The position numbers and the translations under genes were made by a program. A model generated the notes under the pieces. The model was not told where the DNA came from and made no database searches. It was given only the letters and a program-made list of their open reading frames with translations. Shown here in pieces: positions 18,433 to 29,125 of a DNA stretch of 64,000 nucleotides. The DNA comes from an uncultured Candidatus Rokubacteria bacterium (lineage in GTDB: Bacteria; Methylomirabilota; Methylomirabilia; Rokubacteriales; CSP1-6): the NCBI GenBank assembly GCA_963771355.1, contig CAVYTA010000004.1, positions 160,001-224,000 of the forward strand, read 5' to 3'. Positions within the stretch are counted from its first letter, which is position 1; the number at the start of each line of letters is the position of its first letter.

Positions 18433-18921
18433 ATGCCTGCGTGCATAGCTTGCAGCTCGCGCGACGTCGAGAGCACCTGCTCCGGAGCGTACATGGCGGA
18501 GACGTCGGACGTCATCTACCTCGGCTCCTCACCGGTGGTCGAGTGCCCCGCCTGCGGCACCAAGCCGCTGCGGTGCCAGCCCGAGATCTACGGCGACGTG
18601 TTCATCTGCCCCGGCTGCACCCAGCGCGTCTTCCGCGACGAGCAGCACCACTGCCGGACCTGTGGCCACTCCTGGGTGCATCCCGACCTCGAGGAAATCT
18701 TGGAGCGTGAGTCGGAGACGCTCGAGATCAGCACCGAAGCCGGGGAGAGCGAGGCGGTGGACGAGGGCGAGGCCGCGGTGCTGGAAGTACTGCCGCAGTC
18801 CTGCGACGCCTGCGGCGCCGCGCTGTTCAGCTTGGTCCGCGTCGACGGCCAGCTCGTGTGCCGCTGCCGCTGCGGCGCCACCGTCGCGCCCGGCGCTTCC
18901 GACGGCTCCGAGAGCGACTGA
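18433..18921 (+). CDS. Cysteine-rich multi-zinc-ribbon hypothetical protein
   Basis: AGGAGGG RBS; five CxxC pairs plus CRCRC; acidic linker. Confidence 0.75.
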   Translation: MPACIACSSRDVESTCSGAYMAETSDVIYLGSSPVVECPACGTKPLRCQPEIYGDVFICPGCTQRVFRDEQHHCRTCGHSWVHPDLEEILERESETLEISTEAGESEAVDEGEAAVLEVLPQSCDACGAALFSLVRVDGQLVCRCRCGATVAPGASDGSESD

Positions 18922-18941
18922 GGCCGCATCGGGCGCGCCCG

Positions 18942-20339
18942 ATGACCACGCCTGCCATCGCCCTCGCCCAGGTCTGGCGCTGGGCCGGCTGTCCTCCCTT
19001 CGCGCTGGAGCGGGTCAGGTTCACCGGCGGTGATCCCATCCTGCCCGGCGTCTTCCAGGTCGGCACCGCGTCCATGACTTCCATCGCGGCGGCCGGGCTG
19101 GCGGCGGCCGAACTGGCCCAGCTTCGCGGCGCCGGCCCCCAGACGGTGAGGGTGGACGCGCGCGCGGCGGCCGCCACCTTCCGCAGCGAGCGCTATCTCC
19201 GCGTCAACGGCGAGAAGCCCCCTGATCCATGGAGTCCCATCTCCGGCTACTACCGCACCGCGGATGCCCGCTGGATCCAGCTCCACTGCAATTTCCCCCA
19301 CCACCGCGAGGGCGTGCTGCGCCTCCTGCAGGTGGAGGACAAGCGCGAGGCGGTGGCCGCCGCCATCAAGGACTGGAAGGCGGCCGAGCTGGAGGACGCG
19401 CTCACCGCCGCCGAGATGTGCGCGGGCATGATGCGCATGCCCGAGGAGTGGCAGGCGCATCCGCATGCCCAGGCGCTGGCCATGCTCTTGCCGCTGGAGA
19501 TCATCCGCATCGGCGACGCGCCCGCCGAGCCCCTGCCGCCGGGAGATCGGCCGCTCTCCGGCATTCGCGCGCTGGATCTCACCCGCGTGATCGCGGGGCC
19601 CGTCTGCGGTCGCACGCTCGCCGAGCACGGCGCCGACGTGATGCAGGTCACCGCCGCGCACCTGCCCAGCATCGGGATGCTTGTCCAGGACATGGGACGC
19701 GGCAAGCTTTCCACCTCGCTCGACCTTCGCCTGGAGACGGACGCGGAGCGGCTGCGCGGGCTCATCCGTCAGGCCGACGTCTTCAGCCAGGGGTATCGCC
19801 CCGGCGCCATCGCCGGACACGGCTTCTCCCCGGAGTCGGTGGCCAAGCTCCGCCCCGGCATCGTCTACGTGACGCTCTCGGCCTTCGGCCACACGGGCCC
19901 GTGGAGCGGGCGTCGCGGCTTCGACAGCCTGGTGCAGACGGTGACCGGTATCGCCGGGGAAGGCGGCCGTGCCATGGGCGTGGACCAGCCGCGGCCGTTG
20001 CCGTGCCAGGCGCTCGACCACGCCAGCGGCTATCTCGCCGCCTTCGGCACCATGGTGGCGCTCGCCAAGCGCGCGACGCAGGGCGGGAGCTGGATGGTGC
20101 GCGTGTCGCTGGCCCAGACGGGGCGCTGGATCGACCGGCTCGGCCGCGTGGACGGCCTCGGCACGCCGGACCTCCCGCCGGAGGACGTCGCCGATCTCAT
20201 GGAGACGTCCGAGACGCCGTGGGGCAGCCTGCTGGCGGTGGCGCCCGCGGCGAAGCTCTCGGCCACGCCGGGATTCTGGGCCCGCCCCTCGGTGCCGCTC
20301 GGCACGCATCCGCCGGAGTGGCCCGCGCGCGCGGCCTGA
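18942..20339 (+). CDS. Family III CoA transferase (CaiB/BaiF)
   Basis: PLSGIRALDLTRVIAGP, GRGKLS, ADVFSQGYRPG, RRGFDSLVQ, ALDHASG. Confidence 0.92.
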   Translation: MTTPAIALAQVWRWAGCPPFALERVRFTGGDPILPGVFQVGTASMTSIAAAGLAAAELAQLRGAGPQTVRVDARAAAATFRSERYLRVNGEKPPDPWSPISGYYRTADARWIQLHCNFPHHREGVLRLLQVEDKREAVAAAIKDWKAAELEDALTAAEMCAGMMRMPEEWQAHPHAQALAMLLPLEIIRIGDAPAEPLPPGDRPLSGIRALDLTRVIAGPVCGRTLAEHGADVMQVTAAHLPSIGMLVQDMGRGKLSTSLDLRLETDAERLRGLIRQADVFSQGYRPGAIAGHGFSPESVAKLRPGIVYVTLSAFGHTGPWSGRRGFDSLVQTVTGIAGEGGRAMGVDQPRPLPCQALDHASGYLAAFGTMVALAKRATQGGSWMVRVSLAQTGRWIDRLGRVDGLGTPDLPPEDVADLMETSETPWGSLLAVAPAAKLSATPGFWARPSVPLGTHPPEWPARAA

Positions 20340-20341
20340 CG

Positions 20342-20812
20342 ATGCGCGAGTATCAGTACCGCGTGGACGGCGACGGGCGCGTCTTCCACGACGGGACGGA
20401 GATCGTCGACGCGCCGACCCTCCGCTTCTTCCTGCTCGGCATGCGGCGGCAGCCCGACGGGCGCTGGCTGGTGCCTTGTCAGGGCGAGCAGAACTGGTTC
20501 GAGGCCGCCGACACGCCCTTCGTGATCCAGCGGCTGCGGCTCGACGCGGCCGACGGCCGGCTGCGCGCGGCGGAGATGCTCCTCGCCGGTGAGCTGGCGG
20601 AAGCGCTCGATCCCGCCGGGCTCGAGACCGAAGCCGGACACCTCTACGCCCGCGTGCGCCGCGGCGCCTTTCGCGCGCGCTTCGGGCGCGTCGCCATGCA
20701 GCAGCTCGCACCCTATCTCGACGAGTCCACCGGCGCCCCCACGCTGCTCATGGCCGGCGCCCGACATCCTATCCGCGACGCCCGGATAGACGGAGGAGTT
20801 CATGCCCGCTGA
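20342..20812 (+). CDS. DUF1285-like protein
   Basis: MREYQYRVDGDGRVFHDGTEI...DTPFVI...LYARVRRG...ARFGR; 2 nt after the previous stop. Confidence 0.7.
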   Translation: MREYQYRVDGDGRVFHDGTEIVDAPTLRFFLLGMRRQPDGRWLVPCQGEQNWFEAADTPFVIQRLRLDAADGRLRAAEMLLAGELAEALDPAGLETEAGHLYARVRRGAFRARFGRVAMQQLAPYLDESTGAPTLLMAGARHPIRDARIDGGVHAR

Positions 20813-21332
20813 TCCCACGTCTGCCTTGACCCCGAAAGAAATGGCCGCCCTGCTCCGCGCCTCCATGGAGGCCCTGCGCGCCGAATCGGCCGCGCTCGGC
20901 GACCGGGCGGCGTCCTGGCATCCCGCGCCCGGCGAATGGTGCGTCAAGGAAGTGCTGGGCCACATCATCGAGGCCGAGCGGCGCGGCTTCGCGGGCCGCG
21001 TGCGCGACTTCGTCGCCAGAGACGAGCCTGCGTGCGTGGGCTGGGATCAGGAGGTGGTAGCGCGCGAGCGGAAGGACTGCGCGCGGCCGCTGAGCGCCCT
21101 GGTGGACGAGCTGAGCGCGCTACGCGCGGACAGCGTGAAGCTGGTCGAAGGCCTGCCGGCGGCGGCGCTGAGCCGCGGCGGGGCGCATCCCAAGGTGGGC
21201 CGGCTCACGGTCGGCGACGTGGTCCACGAGTGGGTGCACCACGACCGCAATCACCTGAAGCAGATCATGACCAATGTGCAGGCGCAGGCCTGGCCGCACA
21301 TGGGGAATGCCCAGCGCTTCTCGGCCCCCTGA
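20802..21332 (+). CDS. DinB family protein
   Basis: PAPGEWCVKEVLGHI and HDRNHLKQ metal-binding histidines. Confidence 0.88.
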   Translation: MPADPTSALTPKEMAALLRASMEALRAESAALGDRAASWHPAPGEWCVKEVLGHIIEAERRGFAGRVRDFVARDEPACVGWDQEVVARERKDCARPLSALVDELSALRADSVKLVEGLPAAALSRGGAHPKVGRLTVGDVVHEWVHHDRNHLKQIMTNVQAQAWPHMGNAQRFSAP

Positions 21333-21344
21333 CCCGGCCGCCGC

Positions 21345-22067
21345 TCAGCCTCGAGCGCGGCGCGCGGCCTCGAACTCGGCGCGCGTCTCCGGCCCCGGAG
21401 GATAGGCGCCCCGCAGCGGCGCCCCCGCCTGGATCTTCGCGAGCACGAAGGCTTCGAGCTCCTCCTGCTCGGTCCCGGCGGCGGCGATCTTGTCGGCCAG
21501 GGCGCGCGGCACACAGACCACGCCGTCGCCGTCGCCCACCATGATGTCGCCCGGCATCACCAGCACCTCGCCGCAGCCGATGGGCACATCGGCCTCGACG
21601 GCGTGGTGGCGATGGACGTTCGCCGGCGCCGCCGGCCCCTGGGCGAACACCGGCAGGCCCATGGCGGCCACACCCGCGTAGTCGCGCACGCCGCCGTCCA
21701 TCACCGCACCCGCCGCCCTGCGCACCTTGAGCCGCGCGACGAGGATGTCGCCGACGCCGGCCGCCGTGCCCACGCGGCGGCAGTCGAGCACCAGCACCTT
21801 GCCTGCCGGGAACTCCTCGATGGTGCGCCGCTGCGGATGGTTGGGATCGCCCAGGCTCTCGAAGGTGGCGAGGTCCTCCCGCGCGGGGACATAGCGCACC
21901 GTCACCGCCTCCCCGGCCATGCGGGCGCCGGGCACCACCGGCCGCACGCCGGCGAGGTAGACGTTCTTGAACCCGGCCTTGAAGAGCTGGGTGCAGAGGG
22001 TGGCGGTGGAGATCGCCTTGAGGCGCTCGATGGTGTCGGGCAAGAGGTCGAGTAGTGCTGGGGTCAT
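21345..22067 (-). CDS. RraA/HMG-aldolase family protein
   Basis: [55 protein letters not shown] before ATG 22067. Confidence 0.88.
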   Translation of the reverse strand: MTPALLDLLPDTIERLKAISTATLCTQLFKAGFKNVYLAGVRPVVPGARMAGEAVTVRYVPAREDLATFESLGDPNHPQRRTIEEFPAGKVLVLDCRRVGTAAGVGDILVARLKVRRAAGAVMDGGVRDYAGVAAMGLPVFAQGPAAPANVHRHHAVEADVPIGCGEVLVMPGDIMVGDGDGVVCVPRALADKIAAAGTEQEELEAFVLAKIQAGAPLRGAYPPGPETRAEFEAARRARG

Positions 22068-22145
22068 CGCATCCTCCTTGAGATGCCGCATATGATAAGT
22101 CTTTATCGCGCGCCCGACGACGGGCCCGACCAAAAGGGGAATGTC

Positions 22146-23049
22146 ATGAGCGAGACGGTGGGATTCATCGGGCTGGGTACCATGGGGCTGCCGATGCTGT
22201 CGAACCTGGCGCACAAGGGCACCGCGCTGGTGGTCCACGACGCGAGCGCGGCCGCGGAGGAGGTGGCGAGCGCGCTTCCCGGCGTCACGGTGCTGCGCTC
22301 ACCCGCCGAGGTGGCGGCGCGCGCCGACGTCCTCTTCACCTGTCTCCCCAACAACGACATCGTGCTGGGCGCCTATCTCGAAGCCGGCAGCGTCGCGCTG
22401 GGCGGCCGCCCCGGGCTCATCACCTGCGATTGCTCCACGGTGAGCCCGGAGGTCACGGTGAAGGTGGCGGCGGCGCTCAAGGCCAAGGGCATCACCCACA
22501 TGGACACGCCCATGCTCGGCTCCAAGCCGCAGGCCGTGTCCGGCGACATCTTCTTCATCGTGGGCGGCGACGAGACGAAGCTGGCAGCGGATCAAGCCCT
22601 ACCTCGAGATCATGGGCAAGCTCAACATGTACGTGGGCGGGACCGGCATGGCCAATCGCGTGAAGCTCATCCACAACGGTCTGGCCGCGGTGACCTCGGT
22701 GGCGGTGGCGGAGGCCCTGGCCATGTGCGTGCAGTCGGGCGTAAACCCGGGCACCTTCTACGACGTGGTGCGCCAGGGCGGCGGCATGGCCTTCGGCACC
22801 TACTTCGACCGCCGCGCCAAGCGTATCTTCGACGGGGACTTCTCGCCCACCTTCATGCTCGAGCACATGCGCAAGGACGCCACCCTGGCGCTGGCTCTCG
22901 CGCACGCGGTGCAGGTGCCCACGCCCATGCTGGAGGAGACCAAGCGCACCTACGACGAGGCGCTCGACAGCGGCTGGGGCAAGGAAGACTTCTCCGCCGT
23001 CACCCACGTGATCGAGAAGCGCATCAATCGCCGTCTCTCCGGAAAGTAG
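22146..23049 (+). pseudogene. Beta-hydroxyacid dehydrogenase (3-hydroxyisobutyrate/tartronate semialdehyde reductase family), frameshifted at ~22585
   Basis: [26 protein letters not shown] in one frame; [10 protein letters not shown]...KLIHN...FSPTF..MRKD in the next; deleting C22585 gives KLERIKP. Confidence 0.87.
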
Positions 23050-23057
23050 GAGACTCC

Positions 23058-25064
23058 ATGGCCGCGCCGGCACGCAGCATCGGCTTCGAGGAGATCGTGG
23101 GCGGGACTTCGACGAAGGAGGGCAGCAGGGAGGGCACGTGGGAGGTGCGCACGGCGGGGGCGGGCCCGGCGGGGAAGCTGCCGCTCACCGCCGAGATGCT
23201 CCTCGAGCGGCCCAGCGGCGACATCTTCGGCCTCACCCAGAACGCGGGCATGGGCTGGGATCCGCGCGAGCTGGGGCGCCCGCAATACCTCATGCTCTCC
23301 ACCCAGGGCGGCATCCGCGCCGCCGACGGCACCCCGATCGCGCTGGGCTATCACACCGGCCACTGGGAGATCGGCCTTCTCCTCCAGGCCGCGGCGGCGG
23401 AGCTGAAGGAGCTGGGCGCCATCCCCTTCGCGGGCTTCTGCTCCGATCCCTGCGACGGCCGCACCCAGGGCACCACCGGCATGATGGATAGCCTCGCCTA
23501 CCGCAACGACGCCGCCATCGTGCTGCGCCGCCTCGTCCGCTCGCTCCCCACCCGCAAGGGCGTGCTCGGCGTGGCCACCTGCGACAAGGGCCTGCCCGCC
23601 ATGATGATGGCGCTGGCCGCGCTTCGCGATCTCACCTGCGTGCTGGTGCCGGGCGGCGTCACGCTGCCACCCGAGCGCGGCGAGGACGCGGGCACCGTGC
23701 AGTCCATCGGCGCGCGCTTCGCGCACGGCGAGCTCTCGCTGGAGCAAGCGCAGGACCTCGGCTGCCGCGCCTGCGGCTCCCCCGGCGGCGGCTGCCAGTT
23801 CCTCGGCACCGCGGCGACCTCGCAGGTGGTCGGCGAGGCGCTGGGCCTCTCGCTGCCGCACTCGGCGCTGGCGCCCTCGGGCCAGCCGCTCTGGCTCGAC
23901 ATGGCCCGGCGCTCGGCGCGCGCGCTGGTGGCGCTCGAGGCGCGCGGAATCCGCACCCGCGACATCGTCACCGACGCCGCCATCCGGAACGCCATGGTGG
24001 TGCACGCGGCGTTCGGCGGCTCGACGAATCTGCTCCTGCATCTCCCCGCCATCGCGCATGCGGCGGGCCTCCGCCGGCCCACCGTCGAGGACTGGTCGGA
24101 CGTCAACCGCCGCGTGCCGCGCCTGGTCGACGTGCTGCCCAACGGCCCGCGCAATCACCCGACGGTGCGCGTCTTCCTGGCCGGCGGCGTCCCCGAGGTG
24201 ATGCTGCACCTGCGCCGCGCCGGGCTTCTCGACGAGCGCTGCCTCACCGTCAGCGGCGAGCCGCTGGCCAGGAGCCTCGACTGGTGGGAGGGGTCCGAGC
24301 GCCGGCGCGCGCTGCGCGAGCGCCTGCAGGCCGCCGACGGCGTGGATCCGGACGACGTGATCATGGCCCCCGCGCGGGCCCGCGAGCGCGGGCTCACCAG
24401 CACGGTGACGTTTCCCCGCGGCAACCTCGCCCCGGAGGGCTCGGTGATCAAGAGCACCGCCATCGATCCCAGCGTGGTGGACGCGGACGGCGTGTACCGC
24501 AAGATCGGCCCCGCGCGCGTCTTCACCACCGAGAAGGCGGCCATCGCCGCCATCAAGAGCCAAGGGCCCGAGCGCCTCAAGCCCGGCGACATGCTCGTGC
24601 TGATCTGCCGCGGCCCGCTGGGCGCGGGGATGGAGGAGATCTACCAGATCACCGCCGCGCTCAAGCATCTGTCGTGGGGCAAGCAGGTGGCCGTCATCAC
24701 CGACGCGCGCTTCTCCGGCGTCTCCACCGGCGCCTGCATCGGCCACGTGGGCCCCGAAGCGCTGGCGGGCGGGCCGATCGGCCGCGTCCTCGAGGGCGAT
24801 CGCATCCGCATCGTCGTGGATCGCAATCGCCTGGAGGGCAGCCTGGATCTGGTCGGCCACGACGGCCGCGAGTACGGCCCCGAGGAAGGCGCCCGCGTGC
24901 TGGCCGCCCGCACGCCGCGCCCGGATCTCGCGCCCGATCCCGATCTCCCCGACGACACGCGGCTCTGGGCCCTCCTCCAGCAGACGGGCGGGGGCACCTG
25001 GGGCGGCTGCGTCTACGACGTGGACGCGGTGGCGGCGGCGCTGGGCACCGGCACCCGGCGCTGA
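23058..25064 (+). CDS. YjhG/YagF-family sugar-acid (D-xylonate-like) dehydratase, IlvD/Edd superfamily
   Basis: [57 protein letters not shown]. Confidence 0.93.
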   Translation: MAAPARSIGFEEIVGGTSTKEGSREGTWEVRTAGAGPAGKLPLTAEMLLERPSGDIFGLTQNAGMGWDPRELGRPQYLMLSTQGGIRAADGTPIALGYHTGHWEIGLLLQAAAAELKELGAIPFAGFCSDPCDGRTQGTTGMMDSLAYRNDAAIVLRRLVRSLPTRKGVLGVATCDKGLPAMMMALAALRDLTCVLVPGGVTLPPERGEDAGTVQSIGARFAHGELSLEQAQDLGCRACGSPGGGCQFLGTAATSQVVGEALGLSLPHSALAPSGQPLWLDMARRSARALVALEARGIRTRDIVTDAAIRNAMVVHAAFGGSTNLLLHLPAIAHAAGLRRPTVEDWSDVNRRVPRLVDVLPNGPRNHPTVRVFLAGGVPEVMLHLRRAGLLDERCLTVSGEPLARSLDWWEGSERRRALRERLQAADGVDPDDVIMAPARARERGLTSTVTFPRGNLAPEGSVIKSTAIDPSVVDADGVYRKIGPARVFTTEKAAIAAIKSQGPERLKPGDMLVLICRGPLGAGMEEIYQITAALKHLSWGKQVAVITDARFSGVSTGACIGHVGPEALAGGPIGRVLEGDRIRIVVDRNRLEGSLDLVGHDGREYGPEEGARVLAARTPRPDLAPDPDLPDDTRLWALLQQTGGGTWGGCVYDVDAVAAALGTGTRR

Positions 25065-26317
25065 GCGGCGGCCGGCGGATCGGGCCGCCGGGCGAGCAGG
25101 AAGAAGATCGAGCCGAGCGAGGCGAGCACCGCCAGCACGGTGAAGCCCGAGACGTAACTCCCGGTGCGGTCGGCGAGGATGCCCGCCACCAGCGGGCCCG
25201 CGATCATCCCCAGCATCACCACCATGGACGAGATGCCCGAGATCATGCCGAAGGACCCGCTGCCGAAGTAGTCGGCGCGGATGGCGGCCATGAGCGGCCC
25301 GCGCATCCCCCAGGCCAGACCATGGAGGATGGCGAACACCACCACCATCCAGTAGGCGCTGGCGTGTGCCAAGAGCAGCAGCGCGGCGGCATGCCCCACC
25401 ATGCAGGCCACCACGATGGCCCGCTTGCTGAAGCGGTCGCCCGCCCAGCCGCCGGAGAGCTGCCCCGCGATCTGGCAGATCGTGATGAGCGACACCACGC
25501 CCGCCGCCTGGGCCAGCGAGATGCCCAGGCGCTCCGTCACGTGGACCACCATGTGGACCATCACCGCGGAGACGACGAGCAGCGCGGAGCCGTGGCCGGC
25601 CGAGATGAGCCAGAAGGCGCGGGTGTGCATGGCCTGACGGGCGGTGAAGTCGACGTCGGCGGTCATGCGCGCGGCGGCCATCGCGGGCTCGGCGTCGGCG
25701 GTGTCGCCGTCCACCCGCCAGCCATGGGCCTCCGGACGGTGGCGGATGAGCTGGGCCAGCGGCAGCCCCGCCAGGATGATGACCACGCCGGAGAGGAAGG
25801 CGGTCCAGCGCCAGCCCACCTGCAGCATCACCGCGGCCACCAGCGGCGTCATCAGCCCGCCCATGGCCATCCCCACCGAGGAGTAGCTCAGCGCCTGCGC
25901 GCGCCGGCGGCGGAACCAGTTGACGATGGCCACGGTGATGGGGAGGTAGCCGCCGAGCCCGGCGCCCACCGCCATCACGAAGAACGTGAGGAAGAAGGTG
26001 ACCGGCGAGTGGACGCGGCTGAAGAGCATGAAGCCGATGCCCAGGACGACCATGCCGGTGCGGATGAGCACGCGCGGCCCGAAGCGGTCGGTGAGCCAGC
26101 CCTGGATGGGGCCCAGCACCGCGCTCTCGGCGCGCGCCAGCGCGAAGGCGGCCGAGAGGAGGGTGCGGCTCCAGCCGAACTCCTCGCGCAGCAGCACGAC
26201 GTAGGCGCCGTAGGCGTAGAAGAAGAGCGAGCCGATGAGCGCCTCCAGGCCGAAGCCCGCCGCCACCACCCACCAGCCGTAGAAGATGCGGCCGCGGCGC
26301 TCGCCCGTCATGGCCAA
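25013..26317 (-). CDS. MFS transporter
   Basis: [17 protein letters not shown] motif [18 protein letters not shown]; about 12 TM segments. Confidence 0.92.
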   Translation of the reverse strand: MAMTGERRGRIFYGWWVVAAGFGLEALIGSLFFYAYGAYVVLLREEFGWSRTLLSAAFALARAESAVLGPIQGWLTDRFGPRVLIRTGMVVLGIGFMLFSRVHSPVTFFLTFFVMAVGAGLGGYLPITVAIVNWFRRRRAQALSYSSVGMAMGGLMTPLVAAVMLQVGWRWTAFLSGVVIILAGLPLAQLIRHRPEAHGWRVDGDTADAEPAMAAARMTADVDFTARQAMHTRAFWLISAGHGSALLVVSAVMVHMVVHVTERLGISLAQAAGVVSLITICQIAGQLSGGWAGDRFSKRAIVVACMVGHAAALLLLAHASAYWMVVVFAILHGLAWGMRGPLMAAIRADYFGSGSFGMISGISSMVVMLGMIAGPLVAGILADRTGSYVSGFTVLAVLASLGSIFFLLARRPDPPAAAQRRVPVPSAAATASTS

Positions 26318-26376
26318 GGCCTCATCGCGCGCGGCATCTCCGTGAGGTCAGGGCGCGCGCGGTACCGAAGCACGGA

Positions 26377-27744
26377 TCAGGCCGGGCGGAGGAGGGCGAA
26401 GAGGCGCGTCAGCGCTCCCGGCTTGTCGACCCGCGCGACGAGGTCGGCGACCTTGGCCGCGCGCGTGGCGCCCAGCGCGGCGCCGGCGAGGCGGAGAAAC
26501 TTGTCGCGGAGCGCGTCGTCCGACTGCGGATTGTCCCAGTGGCCGAGCGGCACCTCGATCCGGCACGAGAAGCGGCGGCCGTCCCGGGTCTCCACCTCCA
26601 GCGTCTGGCGCTCGCCGTGGGCCTCGGGATCCACCACCAGCGTGATCCGCTGCATCAGCGCGCGCGTGACCCGATCGCCCACCGCGGCGGCGGTGAACTC
26701 CTTGAGCGTCAGGCGCCCGAAGCGGATGATGCAGGCGAGCGCATACGTCACGCTCATCTGGGCCTCGAGCACGGAGTCCAGATGGACGCCGCCGATCATG
26801 CGGCGGCTCATCTCGGACAGCACCACGCGCACGTGGCGGACCTCCTCGGCGGCGATCTCGTGCTTGGCGCGGAGCTCCAGCATCGCGTCCGCCGCGCTGT
26901 TGATGCCCCAGCACACCGGATAGGGCTTGAAGCCTTTGCGCAGGATCCGGAAGCCCTCACCGAGGCCGGCGAGCGGCGCGCTCGGGTCGGATTCCCCGGG
27001 GGCGAAGGTCGCGAAGAGCCCGCCCCAGGACGCGTCGAGCACCTCGCGCGGGCCGGTGACCCCGCGCCGCGCCAGCACCGCGGCGGTGAGGCCGATCTCC
27101 GCCGAGCGGCCCGGATGCAGGCGCTTGCTCATGGCGCCGTCCGCCATGAAGGCCCAGGTCCCGCCGGTATAGGAGCCGGCCAGCCCCAGCGCGTCCGCGG
27201 TGCGCTCGGCGTCGAGGCAGAGGACACGCGCCGCCGCCACCGCCGCGCCGATGCTGCCGTAGACCCCGGTGGTGTGCCAGCCGCGGAGTGTCATCACGTC
27301 GTAGCTCGCCGCGTCGGTGAGGCGCGAGGTGATCTCGTGGCCGGCGACCAGCCCCAGCAGCACGTCGCGCCCGTCGCCCTGCGACAGCTCCGCGGCGGCG
27401 AGCACGGCCGGCACCTGGCAGGCGCCCGCGTGGCCGCCCCCGCCGATATCGTCCAGCTCGCGCATGTGGGCGTGCGCGCCGTTGAAGAGCGCGGCGGCCT
27501 GGGGCGGCGCGCCACCCTTGGTGCCCCAGACGGTGCAGGTCCCGGCGGCGCCGAGATCGGCTCGCGCGCGGGCGAGATGACGGGCCTCGGGCGTGGTGCT
27601 GCCCTGGAGCGCGCAGCCCAGCGCGTCGAGGAGCACGCGCCTCGCCATGGCCACCACTTCGGCGGGCAAGCCCTTCCAGGTGAGCGCGGCCGCCCAGCCG
27701 GCGAGGGCTTCGGAAACGCTCGGGCCGACGCTACGGCCCGTCAT
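26377..27744 (-). CDS. MmgE/PrpD family protein
   Basis: LLDALGC, NGAHAH.RELDD, RGWHTTG, KRLHPG, FKPYPVC. Confidence 0.9.
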   Translation of the reverse strand: MTGRSVGPSVSEALAGWAAALTWKGLPAEVVAMARRVLLDALGCALQGSTTPEARHLARARADLGAAGTCTVWGTKGGAPPQAAALFNGAHAHMRELDDIGGGGHAGACQVPAVLAAAELSQGDGRDVLLGLVAGHEITSRLTDAASYDVMTLRGWHTTGVYGSIGAAVAAARVLCLDAERTADALGLAGSYTGGTWAFMADGAMSKRLHPGRSAEIGLTAAVLARRGVTGPREVLDASWGGLFATFAPGESDPSAPLAGLGEGFRILRKGFKPYPVCWGINSAADAMLELRAKHEIAAEEVRHVRVVLSEMSRRMIGGVHLDSVLEAQMSVTYALACIIRFGRLTLKEFTAAAVGDRVTRALMQRITLVVDPEAHGERQTLEVETRDGRRFSCRIEVPLGHWDNPQSDDALRDKFLRLAGAALGATRAAKVADLVARVDKPGALTRLFALLRPA

Positions 27745-27874
27745 TCAGCATATCGAACATCTACACGGCGGGACGGTGAGAGCCGAAAAAGCATTCGCGA
27801 ACGATTCATGGGTGGCGTCATGTTCGGCGACCTACTCTAGGGGTCCGCGCGCGAGGAGTCAATGGTTGCGCAGA

Positions 27875-28321
27875 CTACGCTGCGCGTCGCCGCTCGCCCA
27901 CTCCCGCCGCGCGCCGTCGGTCCCCACGTCGCCCGGCCACCAGGGCGGCGGCCACGATCACCATCCCGATGAAGGACACGCTGAACGCGATCGGACCCAT
28001 GTGGGTCGTCAGCTGCAGGTGGCTGTAGGCGTGCCAGGTCTCCCCCGCCGTCTGGATGAGGGACCCCACGAAGGCGACCGGGATGGCGAGCCCGGTCTCG
28101 GAGCGCCTCAGGTGATCGACGAGCCCCCACGTGCTCGAGACGAGCATGCCCGCCACGCCGAAGTAGAGGGGGAGGTGCACCGTGCTCAGGTGCTTGACCA
28201 TCTCGTCCATCGTGGTGGCGTCGAAGCCGGGATTCAGGAACCCGTGCCAGGCGAAGTCATAGGCGAGGCCGACGCACTCCACGCCGAGCCAGATCCACAT
28301 CCACGTTCGAGGATTCCACAT
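27875..28321 (-). CDS. Four-TM membrane protein with DxxWH / ExWH histidine motifs
   Basis: GGAGAGGAGG RBS; YDFAWH...[12 protein letters not shown]...GETWHAYSH. Confidence 0.7.
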   Translation of the reverse strand: MWNPRTWMWIWLGVECVGLAYDFAWHGFLNPGFDATTMDEMVKHLSTVHLPLYFGVAGMLVSSTWGLVDHLRRSETGLAIPVAFVGSLIQTAGETWHAYSHLQLTTHMGPIAFSVSFIGMVIVAAALVAGRRGDRRRAAGVGERRRAA

Positions 28322-28474
28322 GCGCCAGCCCTCCTCTCCGATGGCGATATATTCAGCGTACACTCCGCCCGTGCCGAGCCGCTTTTTACCGGGCCAGTCC
28401 CGACTACCCGGGAGTATCGACCACGCGGCGCCCGCGGCGCGCCGCCAACCGGCTGCCCTCGGGCACGACGCGCG

Positions 28475-28490
28475 TGGCACCTTCGTTGCA
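28475..28490 (+). promoter_or_regulatory. Sigma-54 promoter of the paoABC-like operon
   Basis: TGGCAC-CTTCG-TTGCA, perfect consensus, 26 nt upstream of ATG 28517. Confidence 0.8.
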
Positions 28491-28516
28491 GGTCCTCGGC
28501 GTGAAGGACATTCCCG

Positions 28517-29125
28517 ATGGCACGACGACCGTTCACGGAACCCATGGGGGCGGAAGAAGCGACGGGCGGCCGCGCGGCCGCCGCCGACGAGGCCACGATC
28601 TCGTCCGACAGCTCGCGGGCGTTCGTCAACGGGACGCCTTGCACGCTTCCCGCCGATCCACGGGTGAGCCTGCTCGACTTCCTGCGAGAGCATCTCGGCC
28701 TCACGGGGACAAAGGTCGGCTGCGATCACGGGCAGTGCGGGGCCTGCACCGTGCTCGTCAACGGCCGGCGCATCAACGCCTGCTTGAGCCTCGCGGTGAC
28801 GCACGCTGGGGATCACGTGACCACGGTGGAGGGCCTGGCGGGCCCCGACGGCACGCTGCACCCCGTGCAGGCCGCCTTCCTCGAGCACGACGCGTTCCAG
28901 TGCGGCTACTGCACGCCGGGTCAGCTCTGCGCCGCCGTCGCCCTGCTGGACGAGGTCGCGGCGGGCGAGCCGAGCGCGGCCACGCCCGAGCCCGCCCGGA
29001 TGGGCGCGATCGAGCTCACCGAGGAGGAGATTCGCGAGCGCATGAGCGGCAATCTCTGCCGCTGCGGCGCATATCCGAACATCGTGGCCGCCGTGCGGGC
29101 GGCCGCCCGGAATTCCTCGCGATGA
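28517..29125 (+). CDS. Aldehyde oxidoreductase/xanthine dehydrogenase-family 2Fe-2S subunit (PaoA/YagT-like)
   Basis: [34 protein letters not shown]. Confidence 0.95.
   Translation: MARRPFTEPMGAEEATGGRAAAADEATISSDSSRAFVNGTPCTLPADPRVSLLDFLREHLGLTGTKVGCDHGQCGACTVLVNGRRINACLSLAVTHAGDHVTTVEGLAGPDGTLHPVQAAFLEHDAFQCGYCTPGQLCAAVALLDEVAAGEPSAATPEPARMGAIELTEEEIRERMSGNLCRCGAYPNIVAAVRAAARNSSR

Noticed and set aside
18645..18672. CRTCGH as a possible haem c attachment site
   Set aside because: Not CXXCH (extra Gly) and no signal peptide; a zinc ribbon is more plausible.
22083..25064. Apparent 993-aa dehydrogenase-dehydratase fusion
   Set aside because: Artefact of the +1 frameshift at ~22585; the dehydratase has its own RBS and ATG at 23058.
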